DNA of 63,855 nt, filler included, from Octopus bimaculoides (taxonomy: Eukaryota): the NCBI RefSeq assembly GCF_001194135.2. It is 6 parts of 6 records of this genome, joined end to end, with 100 filler letters (N's around TTAATTAATTAA, not from the genome) between each part and the next. Parts side by side here need not be neighbours in the genome. Positions count along the whole stretch, not along the records: positions 45,832 to 58,503 come from NC_069002.1; positions 58,604 to 63,855 come from NC_068983.1; 4 more parts are not named here. One strand, written 5' to 3'. The notes under the pieces are model-generated. The model was not told the DNA's origin. It made no database searches and saw nothing but the letters and a program-made list of their open reading frames with translations. Shown one piece after another: positions 49,944 to 61,240 of the stretch. Position numbers and translations under genes: made by a program. Position 1 is the first letter of the stretch, and every line of letters begins with the position of its first letter.

Positions 49944-50823
49944 ATATGTATATAAATATACATATGTGTATGTATGTTTGCCTGTGTGTTTATGTGTAAT
50001 ATTTAGAAACCCTATTACCTGTATATAAGAATATATTTAGGAGCTAATACCAAAGACTCAATGTTGTATGTTCTGTATATAAAAAACGTAGGATAGCACT
50101 TGCTGTGAACGTGTGTTCCAGAGGAACATCTCAAGAGATGTGTGCTTTTATCAGAATGTCGATTATTCAGACACACGTGTTTCGACATGATTTCATATCC
50201 TCAGCGTCGAATTCCTCGGACGTCCTGAGATATGTTGAAAATTGCATTAAGGGCAGTCTCTTGATTTTGTCCATTTATATTAATTAGTATTTATGTTATT
50301 AACCAAAGGGTGGTAAGAGCAAAGTCCATCGCAGCGTGTCTAAATTCGGATCATAAACAGACATAATTAATGCAAAAGTTGGAGCAAGCTGGCAGAGTTG
50401 ATAAGGCGTAGGGCGCAATGTTTTGGAGAATTTATTCCGACGCACGTTGGTCTGAATGTAGACTCGAGGGCAGTCAACCTTACCTTTCTTTTTTTTTTTT
50501 TTTGAGTCAATAAACAAAGTGCCAGTCCATGGAAATGGACTGACGGAATTGTTATGAAATCAGATGAGATACCCAGTTCAATCAGGAATTCTACCCATCA
50601 GATGGTATCAGCAATTGATGGGTGGGACCAGAACACAGCGAGATATATTCACTGGTGCCGTAACCCGTCTACCATCTCTGCCCTTCATACCATGTTTATT
50701 ATGTTAAGGTACTTAGATTATTGTCTATTATTTGAGAAATACTGATGGGCTGCAATCTAAATTAGGCGTGAGTGTTCGCATGCGTGTGAATGTGTGTTAA
50801 TGTGTATGTCTGTGAATATGTAT

Positions 50824-50865
<42 letters not shown>

Positions 50866-51178
50866 ATCTGTGTGTTAGCCTACGAGTACAGCTGCGCAAC
50901 CCAAAACGTGAAAGGAATCCTCCTGCTACCATCTTATCTCTGTGAATAGATTGGTGGATAGATTGGTTGAGCGGTTAATTATTTTATTGATTCGATATTT
51001 GCTTGGTTTACTGACAAATTGACAGCAATTAGTAACTGACTAATTAAATGATTGCTTAGTTTCAATATCAATTGATTGCATTATTAGTTTATCTGCTTCA
51101 CTTGATGTGTTTCTCTTTACTCTTTAATATTATTACAGGCGTAGTTTTAAATATACAATATTAATTACTTAGTCGATT

Positions 51179-51257
<79 letters not shown>

Positions 51258-51689
51258 ATGTGTGTGTACTTGTCATCGCCGTTCACATGATACATGTTTC
51301 AATAACAAAGTCTTCTTAAGACGTAACTATGACAAGACAGATAACCTGAATCCATTCCCATCCCTGTTGTACTTTTACTTGCGTTTGAACTCAGAACATT
51401 GTTACCACCTTCTACTGTGATGAGCTACGACTGTCCATTGAATCTCTTTACAACAGAAGCTAATATTAACTAAAAGCACCAGCGTTTCCGAACTTTTTCT
51501 GTCAAACATCCAAAACATTCGGACAGATATGACGTCTCCCAACATTTATACGCTTATGTAATAGAAGTAGTGGTTAAAATGTCCCTGCAAGTAATAATAG
51601 CAGTATAGGGACATGTGCTGTAACAGCGTGTCGCAGCATCCACCATTTGTTGGTGCTTCCTACTACAGCTACTCTTGGTGGATGTCGCC

Positions 51690-51880
51690 TCTGCATCACT
51701 CATGGTGACAACCTTCCAGCCCACGGGTCTGTTAGCGTAGTCGTTGCTGGTGGGGGTTTTACGAGGTTGGAGTGCAAGTCCTACTTCAACCTCTTTTAGT
51801 CGTCTTTTACGACACAGAGGAAACGTTGGCTCTATCCTTTGGCATACCGGTCCCAACACAGTACAGTACCGGTAATGACT
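51690..51880 (-). mobile_element. RTE-like 5' UTR fragment
   Basis: TGTCGTAAAAGACGACTAAAAGAGG..CCAACCTCGTAAAA resembles motifs recalled from RTE 5' ends. Confidence 0.35.
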
Positions 51881-52844
51881 GTAAATATATTTATAATTAA
51901 TGTCTCGATCACGGCCACTTCGTGGATTTAACGTCCCTCCTCTATGAAGTGGAGATATGGAGATTCTTCGGAACGACTGAACTCGACTATAGTCACCACA
52001 ACAGAGATATGATGATTTAATAGAAGCTTTGGTCCCTTTCACTCCTAGATTAACATTTATCTCTTTAATTAACTGAAACCTTGTAAGTATTTCCCCTTTG
52101 TCACGCCAGACCAATGTATTCCATTATCTGTATTGCAACTTTATTCCCTAAATGCGTGGAATCTGAGTCATACTGGATACTTTTAGAGAGTTATTAAAGA
52201 TATTAATTTGTAACCTCCTCTTTCCAAGTAACTACAAAGCCCCAAATGTCTTCAGTCCCCTCACAACAAACGAAACTGTAGTGCAATTCTCACTTTTCGG
52301 AAGCTTTTAGTTCAGTGTTCATTCATCTGAATAATATCATATATATCTTTCTGCAACAAAATCCTGGTTTTTGGCTCTTAATAACTGCTGTTAATTAACT
52401 GCATCGTTCACAAGACATTCTTGTCAGATTTATCGACGCACAAAACTAAATGGTTTCGTAGCTTGTTTCTGAATTACCACATACGGGGTTCGATCCCACA
52501 GAGTGGAAAGTTATTAGGCAAGTGTTTTTACCATACCCACTCATCAATCCAGACTTTGTTAGTGAAACTTGGTGAACGGAAGTTGTGAGGAAGCCACACG
52601 GTTAGCTTGTACCTGGAATTCAAACACCCATTAATCTACCCACTAACCCTTCTGATTTCATCTTAGGATTATGTTAAAGAGTACTCAGCCACTTCATGCT
52701 AATCCAATGAGGAGGTAGTTCAGTTGATCGAACAACTCATCGTCAAAATCGGTGACAGTCCTTTTACCACTCATAAACTACATTATAAGTCAATTAACTC
52801 GGTAATGTCTTCGGTTATATTATATGAGATAATACTAATCCTTT

Positions 52845-53050
52845 CTACTAAAGGAACAAGGCCTGAAATGTGGTGGAGGGGGACCAGATGATTACAGCGA
52901 CCCCAGTGTTTCACTGACACTTAATTTATCGACCCAGAAAGGATGAAAGGTAAAGTCGACCTCGGCGGAATTTGAATTCGGAACGTAAAGACGGACGAAA
53001 TACCGCTAAGCATTTTACCCGGCGTGCTAACGATTCTGCCAGCTCACTCT
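52845..53050 (-). mobile_element. SINE family B, well preserved
   Basis: GTCGACCTCGGCGGAATTTGAA..CCGCTAAGCATTT..GTGCTAACGATTCTGCCAGCTC. Confidence 0.85.
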
Positions 53051-54555
53051 GCCTTATCAATAATAATTATAATAACAAGCAATAAAAAGAGCGCGATGCG
53101 ATTTGTAATAGCGATTGACTGTGTTGGATTGAGCACTATTTCGACAATATGTCTGTCTTCCTTGGAAAATGTAAAACATGCAGAAATACAGAAGTTCGAA
53201 ATATGAACGGGAATATCCTGCGTTCTTTTCTAGACAAAACGACATCATTAGATTCTGATGTTTTTTTTTTTTATAACTGGTAACAAGGAAATTTTTTTTT
53301 AAATGGAGAAAGGATAAAAAGGAAACAGGTAAGAGAACACTTGGTCAAAATGATTTGTGTCAATGTAATGGAATTTTCCTGTCATTTTGTCCATTTCTCC
53401 AGGATGTGTTGTTAGTAATTTTTATCCTCGTGTGTTCTGATGACTGAAAGTGCTTCAGAATAAGAATATTTTCTCAGAATATACACTTTTGATGTAAAAT
53501 ATTCGGCAAGCTTCTCCATCATGCTTCTACAAGTTTCCGTTTAAGAAATTTTATTCACAATATTTTTATCGGCCTGAGATTTTTGCAAAAAGGCACTAAT
53601 CCAAGGTGTCACACAAAGTGACCGAACTCCAAACCACTGAGTCATAAAGCCAGTGTCTTAACCACACGGCTATGCTTTACTTATAAGGGAAAGTTTCATT
53701 GATTGGAATGTATTAGTGAATCCCCTGAAGCGTTTAATCAATAAGAATAAGCAATGTTAATTATATATGACACTAAACTGTGTAGGAAATAATACAGTTG
53801 GTGTGTGGAAGAGTAATTAGTTTGCCGTGAAAATTGTTTATCGTTGAAAACAAGTTAATGACTTCACAAAATTAGCAGTTTAGATTTTTAATCACGTGAT
53901 CTCATTAACTTAGCTGTTAACAAAAGACAAAAGAATGTTTAGATCAGGAAGCTTCCAAATTGGCTGATAGTGAACCTTGGGTGTCGAGGAACTATATTTG
54001 GGTCGATAACTACCTCGGAACCCAAAGGCGAGTGACGGAACTCTGTGTCGAAAGCTGAGCATTTGTATAAAAGATTCTTTAAAGAAAAATACATTAAAAA
54101 AACTTTCAATAAAATACAATTAACCGATACACATTTCTGATTTATGCTTAATTAATTTTATCATCTATTTTCTGTTGTTATAAGACAATAATGTAATTAT
54201 AGTAATTTGTTATTGGTTGGAATCACAAGACGGTAAAATGTGTGAAAATCTAGTTCTATATGGATTTAGCTTTTCTTCAATCTTACGCTGGAATTCAATG
54301 AATAGATTAAATATTTTATTTCTCATTACCGTTGTAACAGTTAATTATTTTAATTTAGATATTTAAAAGTGTGGAGAAAAAATCTAGATTGTGATAGAAC
54401 AATGCTAAGTAATCCGGCCGCGTTATTTCCCATGCTAGGCTGCTATGTTAAGACCCAATATCGATGTTGAGCACCTATAAAAACAATCGAAGAAACGTCA
54501 GTGAACGGTTTAACTGTTTGTTTACTGTGGGAAGTCTACAAATATTGATCTGATA

Positions 54556-54718
54556 CATTATTTTCATCTGACGAATATTTGTCCTCATCTTGTTTGTTGT
54601 TAACACAACGTTTCGGCTGATATACCCTCCAACCTTCATCAGGAGTCTTGGGGGAATTTTGAACCTGGGTTCTCATCCCTAAGGTATTTTTCGATGTTAT
54701 CATTATTATTATTATTAT

Positions 54719-54750
<32 letters not shown>

Positions 54751-54842
54751 TTCAGGTCACTGCCTTGAATCGAACTCGGAACCTTGGGGTTAAGAGAGCG
54801 GGCTACTAACTCCATGATTCCGAGTTCAATTCCAGGCAGTGA

Positions 54843-54895
<53 letters not shown>

Positions 54896-55067
54896 TCGAA
54901 AAATACCTTAGGAATGAGAACCCAGGATCAAAATTTCCCCACGACACCCGATGAAGGTTGGAGAGTATATCAGCCGAAACGTTGTGTTAACAACAAACAA
55001 GATGAGGACAAATATTCGTCAAATGTAAATAATGTACATAATTCCTCATCTCTTAAATATAGAACTG
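54556..55067. mobile_element. Head-to-head dimer of hammerhead tRNA-SINE (family H) with 16-bp TSD
   Basis: AAATATTGATCTGATA at 54540-54555 and 55068-55083; - copy 54556-54800 and + copy 54800-55067; hammerhead cores at 54602-54647 (-) and 54943-54988 (+). Confidence 0.85.
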
Positions 55068-55104
55068 AAATATTGATCTGATATCAACAAGTGAAGACTA
55101 GTAT

Positions 55105-55290
55105 TGATTTCAAATTTTGGCACAAGGCCACCAAGGGAGAGAGTGTAAGTCGATGCAGTTGACCCTAGTGCTCAACTGGTACTTATTTCATCGACCCCGA
55201 AAGGATGAAAGGCAGAATTTGAACTCAGAACGTAAAGACAGACGAAATACCGCTAAGTATTTTGCCTGGCATTCTAACGACTCTGTTAGA
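55105..55290 (-). mobile_element. SINE family B (deleted)
   Basis: GGTACTTATTTCATCGACCCCGAAAGGATGAAAGGC. Confidence 0.75.
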
Positions 55291-55792
55291 CAAATATTCA
55301 CAAGACAAATATTCACAAGAGAATTTGAAGTTTAGATTCATAGTAATACTATAAAGACTTTGTGAAAAGATTTTCAATAGTGAAGACAAGGAGCCTTCCA
55401 ATATGGCAGACCACCTCGAAAGGGTTCACTCCCGTAAGATATATGAAATCTCGACATTTTTTAAAAACAATAAAACGCTGGTTTTCAAATGCTAATAAAA
55501 TAGAGGAGAGTTGAAGATATTGTGAATATTTTCATTAACTGAAGTAGAGAAAGGAAAATGGTAAGGAATTCATAATTCCAGCAACTAGATGTGTGTGTGC
55601 GCGAACGCGCGCTTATGTGCGTGGGCATGCGTATTCATTATATCAAAAGTGAACAGTATACCTTAAAGTTTCGCCTTAGGCTGGTCAGCTCACGATTGGT
55701 CAGTTCAATTGTATATCAGATTATGCTTGCACTATGTAAAATATTTCTTTAATATATATTTTTTACAAGTCTTATATAACAATATACATACA

Positions 55793-55834
<42 letters not shown>

Positions 55835-56496
55835 NNNNNNNNNNNNNNNNNNNNNNNNNNNNNNNNNNNNNNNNNNNNNNNNNNNNNNNNNNNNNNNNNN
55901 NNNNNNNNNNNNNNNNNNNNNNNNNNNNNNNNNNNNNNNNNNNNNNNNNNNNNNNNNNNNNNNNNNNNNNNNNNNNNNNNNNNNNNNNNNNNNNNNNNNN
56001 NNNNNNNNNNNNNNNNNNNNNNNNNNNNNNNNNNNNNNNNNNNNNNNNNNNNNNNNNNNNNNNNNNNNNNNNNNNNNNNNNNNNNNNNNNNNNNNNNNNN
56101 NNNNNNNNNNNNNNNNNNNNNNNNNNNNNNNNNNNNNNNNNNNNNNNNNNNNNNNNNNNNNNNNNNNNNNNNNNNNNNNNNNNNNNNNNNNNNNNNNNNN
56201 NNNNNNNNNNNNNNNNNNNNNNNNNNNNNNNNNNNNNNNNNNNNNNNNNNNNNNNNNNNNNNNNNNNNNNNNNNNNNNNNNNNNNNNNNNNNNNNNNNNN
56301 NNNNNNNNNNNNNNNNNNNNNNNNNNNNNNNNNNNNNNNNNNNNNNNNNNNNNNNNNNNNNNNNNNNNNNNNNNNNNNNNNNNNNNNNNNNNNNNNNNNN
56401 NNNNNNNNNNNNNNNNNNNNNNNNNNNNNNNNNNNNNNNNNNNNNNNNNNNNNNNNNNNNNNNNNNNNNNNNNNNNNNNTATATATATATATATAT

Positions 56497-56916
56497 ATTG
56501 AAAATTCATGAGAACTTCTTAAAGAGTCAAGAGTTTATTTTTGTATTGTTATAGGTGGGGAATTTTTTGTTTTGATATACTCGCCAATTAAAAACGCAAT
56601 ATATACTTGCTTTTCCCTTCATTTTTATTACCAGCCATGTTGTCGGTAAGCAAGCTACTTACTACACAGCAACTCCTGCGCCTATATATATAATACATAC
56701 ATACATACATACATATATTCAGATAAAGAGTTGCTGAAGAGGTTACAGGATGTTTGACGAAAGTGCTTTGACAAATAAACTAAAATAATAGCTGAAGGGA
56801 AACCTGGGTATATATTGCGTGTTTAATTGGCAAGTATATCAAAACAAAAAAATCCCCGCATATAACAATACAAAATAGACTCTTGACTCTCTAAGAAGTT
56901 CCCATAAATTTTCAAT
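56497..56916. repeat. Inverted repeat, ~130-bp arms around a SINE head and (TACA)n
   Basis: ATTGAAAATTCATGAGAACTTCTT.. versus ..AAGAAGTTCCCATAAATTTTCAAT. Confidence 0.85.
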
Positions 56917-57659
56917 TGATGTATACAACATTATTTGCTGAACGCTTTTGAAGTTTGAATTCATGAGGAATTGATTTTAAATTCGATTGAAGTATTATAG
57001 ATGTTGCATCGCCATAAAGAGATGAGGGATGCAAATGCTAACTCTTCACATATGAGTCTCTTCAAATGTTACTGGGTGACGATAATCTCGAAACAAAAGA
57101 ATTGAAATTCTAATTAGTGGCAATCATAAGACGTTCAATACTTTGATGTGTTACAAAGCGAGAAGTAAACAAAATAATTAGGAAATGAAACATCACCCAA
57201 TCTAATAATGTTTTAACTTAAATCGTTAATAACTTTATTCTAAATATTCCTGGCTTTTATTCTTCCTTCCTTCTACACATTCATTAAATTAATTTGGACA
57301 TAATTCTTTCGAGGATCTTGATCTATCTTAAGCATCCTTGATACAGTTTAATAATTAAAACATAATTAGTAGCTCAGTGGCATTTATTTGAACAATATAG
57401 AGAAATAAGAGTATAGTAAATAGCATATAAGACAATTTCTTCCGTATATCCATCTTCTGCGCCCACTACTCCTGGTGTGGGAGTCGTGAGGAATGAGGCC
57501 TCGGACACTTTCTCCATAGAATCAACCGTCATTACACTTTCTAACTGGATTCCTAAGCGTAACCATTTGAAATTCTAGATACTATCTAACCATTTCGTTC
57601 TTGGTTTACCTTTAGGTCTGCTGTCGGTTGGCTCGCCTTGAAGAAACTGTCTTGAGATT

Positions 57660-58020
57660 CTTCCCTGCAACATTTTCATCACATGTCTGTAGTAGCGGAA
57701 CTATGACCTCTCAATGTTGAGCATCCCAGGTAAAGTCTATACCGAGTGTCTGGAAAAGAAAGGTAGAGAAAATGCCAAGACCCAGCTGGCACATTGTGGA
57801 TTCCGTCCCGGGCGCAGCAGAACCGAGCAAATATTCACAGCACATCTTCGAGGAAAGTTCTGCAAGAGTTCAAGATTAATGTCCCTCTACGATGACTGTG
57901 TTCCAGTAAAGGGTGCTAATTTGAAATCATTCAACGTAGGTGTTGATCTTCGTCAGGGCTGCATAGTATCACCTCTCCTTTTTATAATTTTTATGATCTG
58001 GATTGACACGTGCAACCGTT
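57660..58020 (+). mobile_element. RTE-type LINE RT fragment with internal deletions
   Basis: SIPGKVY..HCGFRPGRS..EQIFT..GVDLRQGCIVSPLLFIIFM. Confidence 0.75.
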
Positions 58021-58189
58021 GGTAACACAATCTATCGGCTGGTATTTACAAACAACATGGTGTTGCTTTGTTTCCCTGCAGGTGATGTCCAGCATGCACT
58101 GAATGTGTTCACTACTGATTGTTAGAAAGCAAGGATGAGAACAACACAATACACATACACACAATACACATCCTATACTCTCCATTGTT

Positions 58190-58503
58190 TACAATTTTTC
58201 CCTTTCGACAGGCCCGCTTAAGCTCAAGTTGCTGAAACATCTTTTCCTCCCAGACATCACAGCTCGTCCTGACAACAGCTCTCCACTTGCTTCGATCCAG
58301 AACATCTCCTTACCAATCACTTTCATACATATCTAGTCTTTTTAGGTTTTGTTTAATGCAATCTTTATACCTCTTTCTCGGTTTCTGCCGCGGTCGCTCA
58401 CCAGAGCTGAGCTCACCATAAAATAAGCGCTTCGGCAAACGATCATCCTTCATTCTAATTACATGCCCAGTCCATCTCATTTGGGCCAGGATAATATGTT
58501 TTT
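58190..58503 (-). mobile_element. RTE/BovB-type LINE C-terminal fragment
   Basis: AQMRWTGHVIRMKDDRLPKRLFYGELSSGERPRQKPRKRYKDCIK..DRSKWR. Confidence 0.85.
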
Positions 58504-59077
58504 NNNNNNNNNNNNNNNNNNNNNNNNNNNNNNNNNNNNNNNNNNNNTTAATTAATTAANNNNNNNNNNNNNNNNNNNNNNNNNNNNNNNNNNNNNNNNN
58601 NNNATTAATTGACGTTTTTCTTGTTGCCTTCAATATATTGCAATATTAAAATCCCATTACATTTCTGATACTGTTTTTTTTTTTTTTTTTGCTTTATACG
58701 CTTTTATATACGTTACCACTAGTCATTTCTCTCTTTTTCTCAACATGTGTGAGTCATATGTCCTATCATTATCTCTTTCTAAGTTATCTCCTGTCTTCCA
58801 ATCTCTGATTTGTTTCTTCTCCTTACGTACGTGTGTGCATACATATATACATACATGCATACATACATACATACATAAATACATTATATATATATATATA
58901 TATNNNNNNNNNNNNNNNNNNNNNNNNNNNNNNNNNNNNNNNNNNNNNNNNNNNNNNNNNNNNNNNNNNNNNNNNNNNNNNNNNNNNNNNNNNNNNNNNN
59001 NNNNNNNNNNNNNNNNNNNNNNNNNNNNNNNNNNNNNNNNNNNNNNNNNNNNNNNNNNNNNNNNNNNNNNNNNNNNA

Positions 59078-59525
59078 CTCTTTTACTTGTTTCAGTCATT
59101 TCACTGCGGCCATGCTAGACCACCGCGTTTAGTCGAGCAAATCGAACCTGGGACTTATTCTTTGTAAGCCTAGTATCATTCTATCAGTTTGTTCTGCCGA
59201 ACCGCTAGTTGACGGGGAAATAAACACACCAGCATCGGTTGTCAAGCAATGCTAGTGGGGCAAATACAGACACACAAACATACACAAACACACGGTTGTC
59301 AAGCGATGGTAGCGGTGTAATATAGACACAAATACACACACACCCGCACACAAACACTCACGTGTAAATATATATGCGACGGGCTTCTTTCAGTCTCCCG
59401 TACTAAATCCACTGACAATATTTTGGTTGGCCTGAGGCTAAAGTAGAAGAGACTTGCTCAAAGTCATACTCAGTAGCACTGAACCCGAAACTATGTGGTT
59501 GGGAAGTAAGCTTCTTACCACATGG
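59078..59525 (-). mobile_element. SINE family A
   Basis: Tail CTCTTTTACTTG through head GGAAGTAAGCTTCTTACCAC. Confidence 0.8.
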
Positions 59526-60934
59526 CCATTACGAACTAAAATCAAATCTAGTAATGCAAAGATAATTTCTTGTGCATACATAGTGTATATGTTTCGCTTA
59601 GATGCTCATTTGCTACCGTGTAGCGTCCGGAGAAAGATCCCTACAAGATACCGAAAGTATAAGAACACAGAATGTCCTTGACCAAGCGAGGCAAGTCACC
59701 CCGAAGTAACTGAGAATGTTAGGTATTGATATTTCGGTATTATGGGATCATCTCGAAACGAAATGAATCGCTGGCCTAGGACTTATATGCGAATAGTGTA
59801 ACGCTTATTTGCTGATGAGCAGTGGCGTAGTGCATGTGACAGAAAATTGAATTACCAAATAAAAAAAGTATCCCGCAGCAAATGGGCGTTTAAAGTAAAC
59901 GCTTACACAATACTCTGTATATGTGATCGATAATGTTAATGTATGTGTGTGTGTCTGTCTGTCTGTGTCTGTGTGTAATCATGTGGACGGTTCTCTAATA
60001 CCGCTCAGATGCTATATTTCTCCAGGTTCCTAACATTTATTTATCATAAAAATTATACAATACTCTCTCGCTTCAATTTTATATCATAATTCTTTTGCCA
60101 CAGTGCTGGCCGTGCATAATTTTTTACCAAGAATTATTCTTCTATCCGTATTTTACATCTCGGAACTGACTCAAGAATATTAGCTGTCATTTCTTCAAAT
60201 CCTGATAAACAATGAGTGGCTATATTTCGAGAGAATTCTAATAGATTATTGCCACGTTTAGTTTACTGAAATAAATATCTTAATCTCGTCAAAATTATAA
60301 TGTCTAGACGTTCTGGAGAATTTACAAAGATTCATTCACCAGACATAACAAGTATTATCTGAAGCTGTACTTTTAAATGCTTCTATTTCTTTGTATCACT
60401 AAGTTATAAAGATCGCAAAAATCTTGATAGACGCTACTCCTCTATATTCCCTCAAATTACATAACAACATTTTTCCCAGTATGATGACACTTTGAACTCT
60501 ATGGTCCTAATGTATAGAAAAGGATCGTGTACCGGATCATAAATGGAGCACACTTTATAATAAACGTTCTACTCAATTTGATCAGCTCTGAAGCTAAAGA
60601 ACAATGATTCGGTACAATAATTTCTCCGATACGATACTTTTGTATGCTGTGTCAACCCACATTTCAGCGTTAAACATGTCCTGAATACTACCTACGTATA
60701 AGCGTAGATATTAGTATATCCCTGCAAATGAAAATCTATCGCTTGCATTTTAATAAGGAAGGGTCTGAACAGAGACCAATGTACCTTCAAAGAAGTAAAA
60801 AAAAAACATTGACGCATCATTTTAAGTGGACGCCATTATTATGATTACGAATTATCGATTACTATATTTCTTTCATTTGCACACTTTCATTTTACAACGC
60901 TTTAAATAGAATATTTATCGTCGTTCTATCATTC

Positions 60935-61240
60935 CATCGGTTACGACGCCGAGGGTTCCAGATGTTCCAATTAACGATATAGCTTGCTCGTGAAATTAAC
61001 GTGCAAGTAGCTGGACACTCCACAGACACACATATTTAACGTAGTTCTCAGGATCATTCATCGTGACACGAAAAGTGAACAAAACTGTGCCTTTGAAATA
61101 CAGATACAATCATTTTGTCCAGCTAAGTAGACTGGAGGAAGGTGAAATAAAATGTCTTCCTCAAAGACAAAACACGCCGCTGGGAATCGAACTCACAGCA
61201 TTACAATCGTGAGCCCAATATCCTAAACACTAAGTCACGG
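60935..61240 (-). mobile_element. SINE family D
   Basis: Similar to 22070-22405; GGGAATCGAACTC is the reverse-complemented B box. Confidence 0.7.

Noticed and set aside
51554-52114. 186-aa minus ORF
   Set aside because: No recognisable domain or splice context; overlaps a probable TE 5' UTR.
54639-54947. 102-aa ORF with poly-L/T/N
   Set aside because: Trinucleotide microsatellites inside the palindromic SINE dimer.
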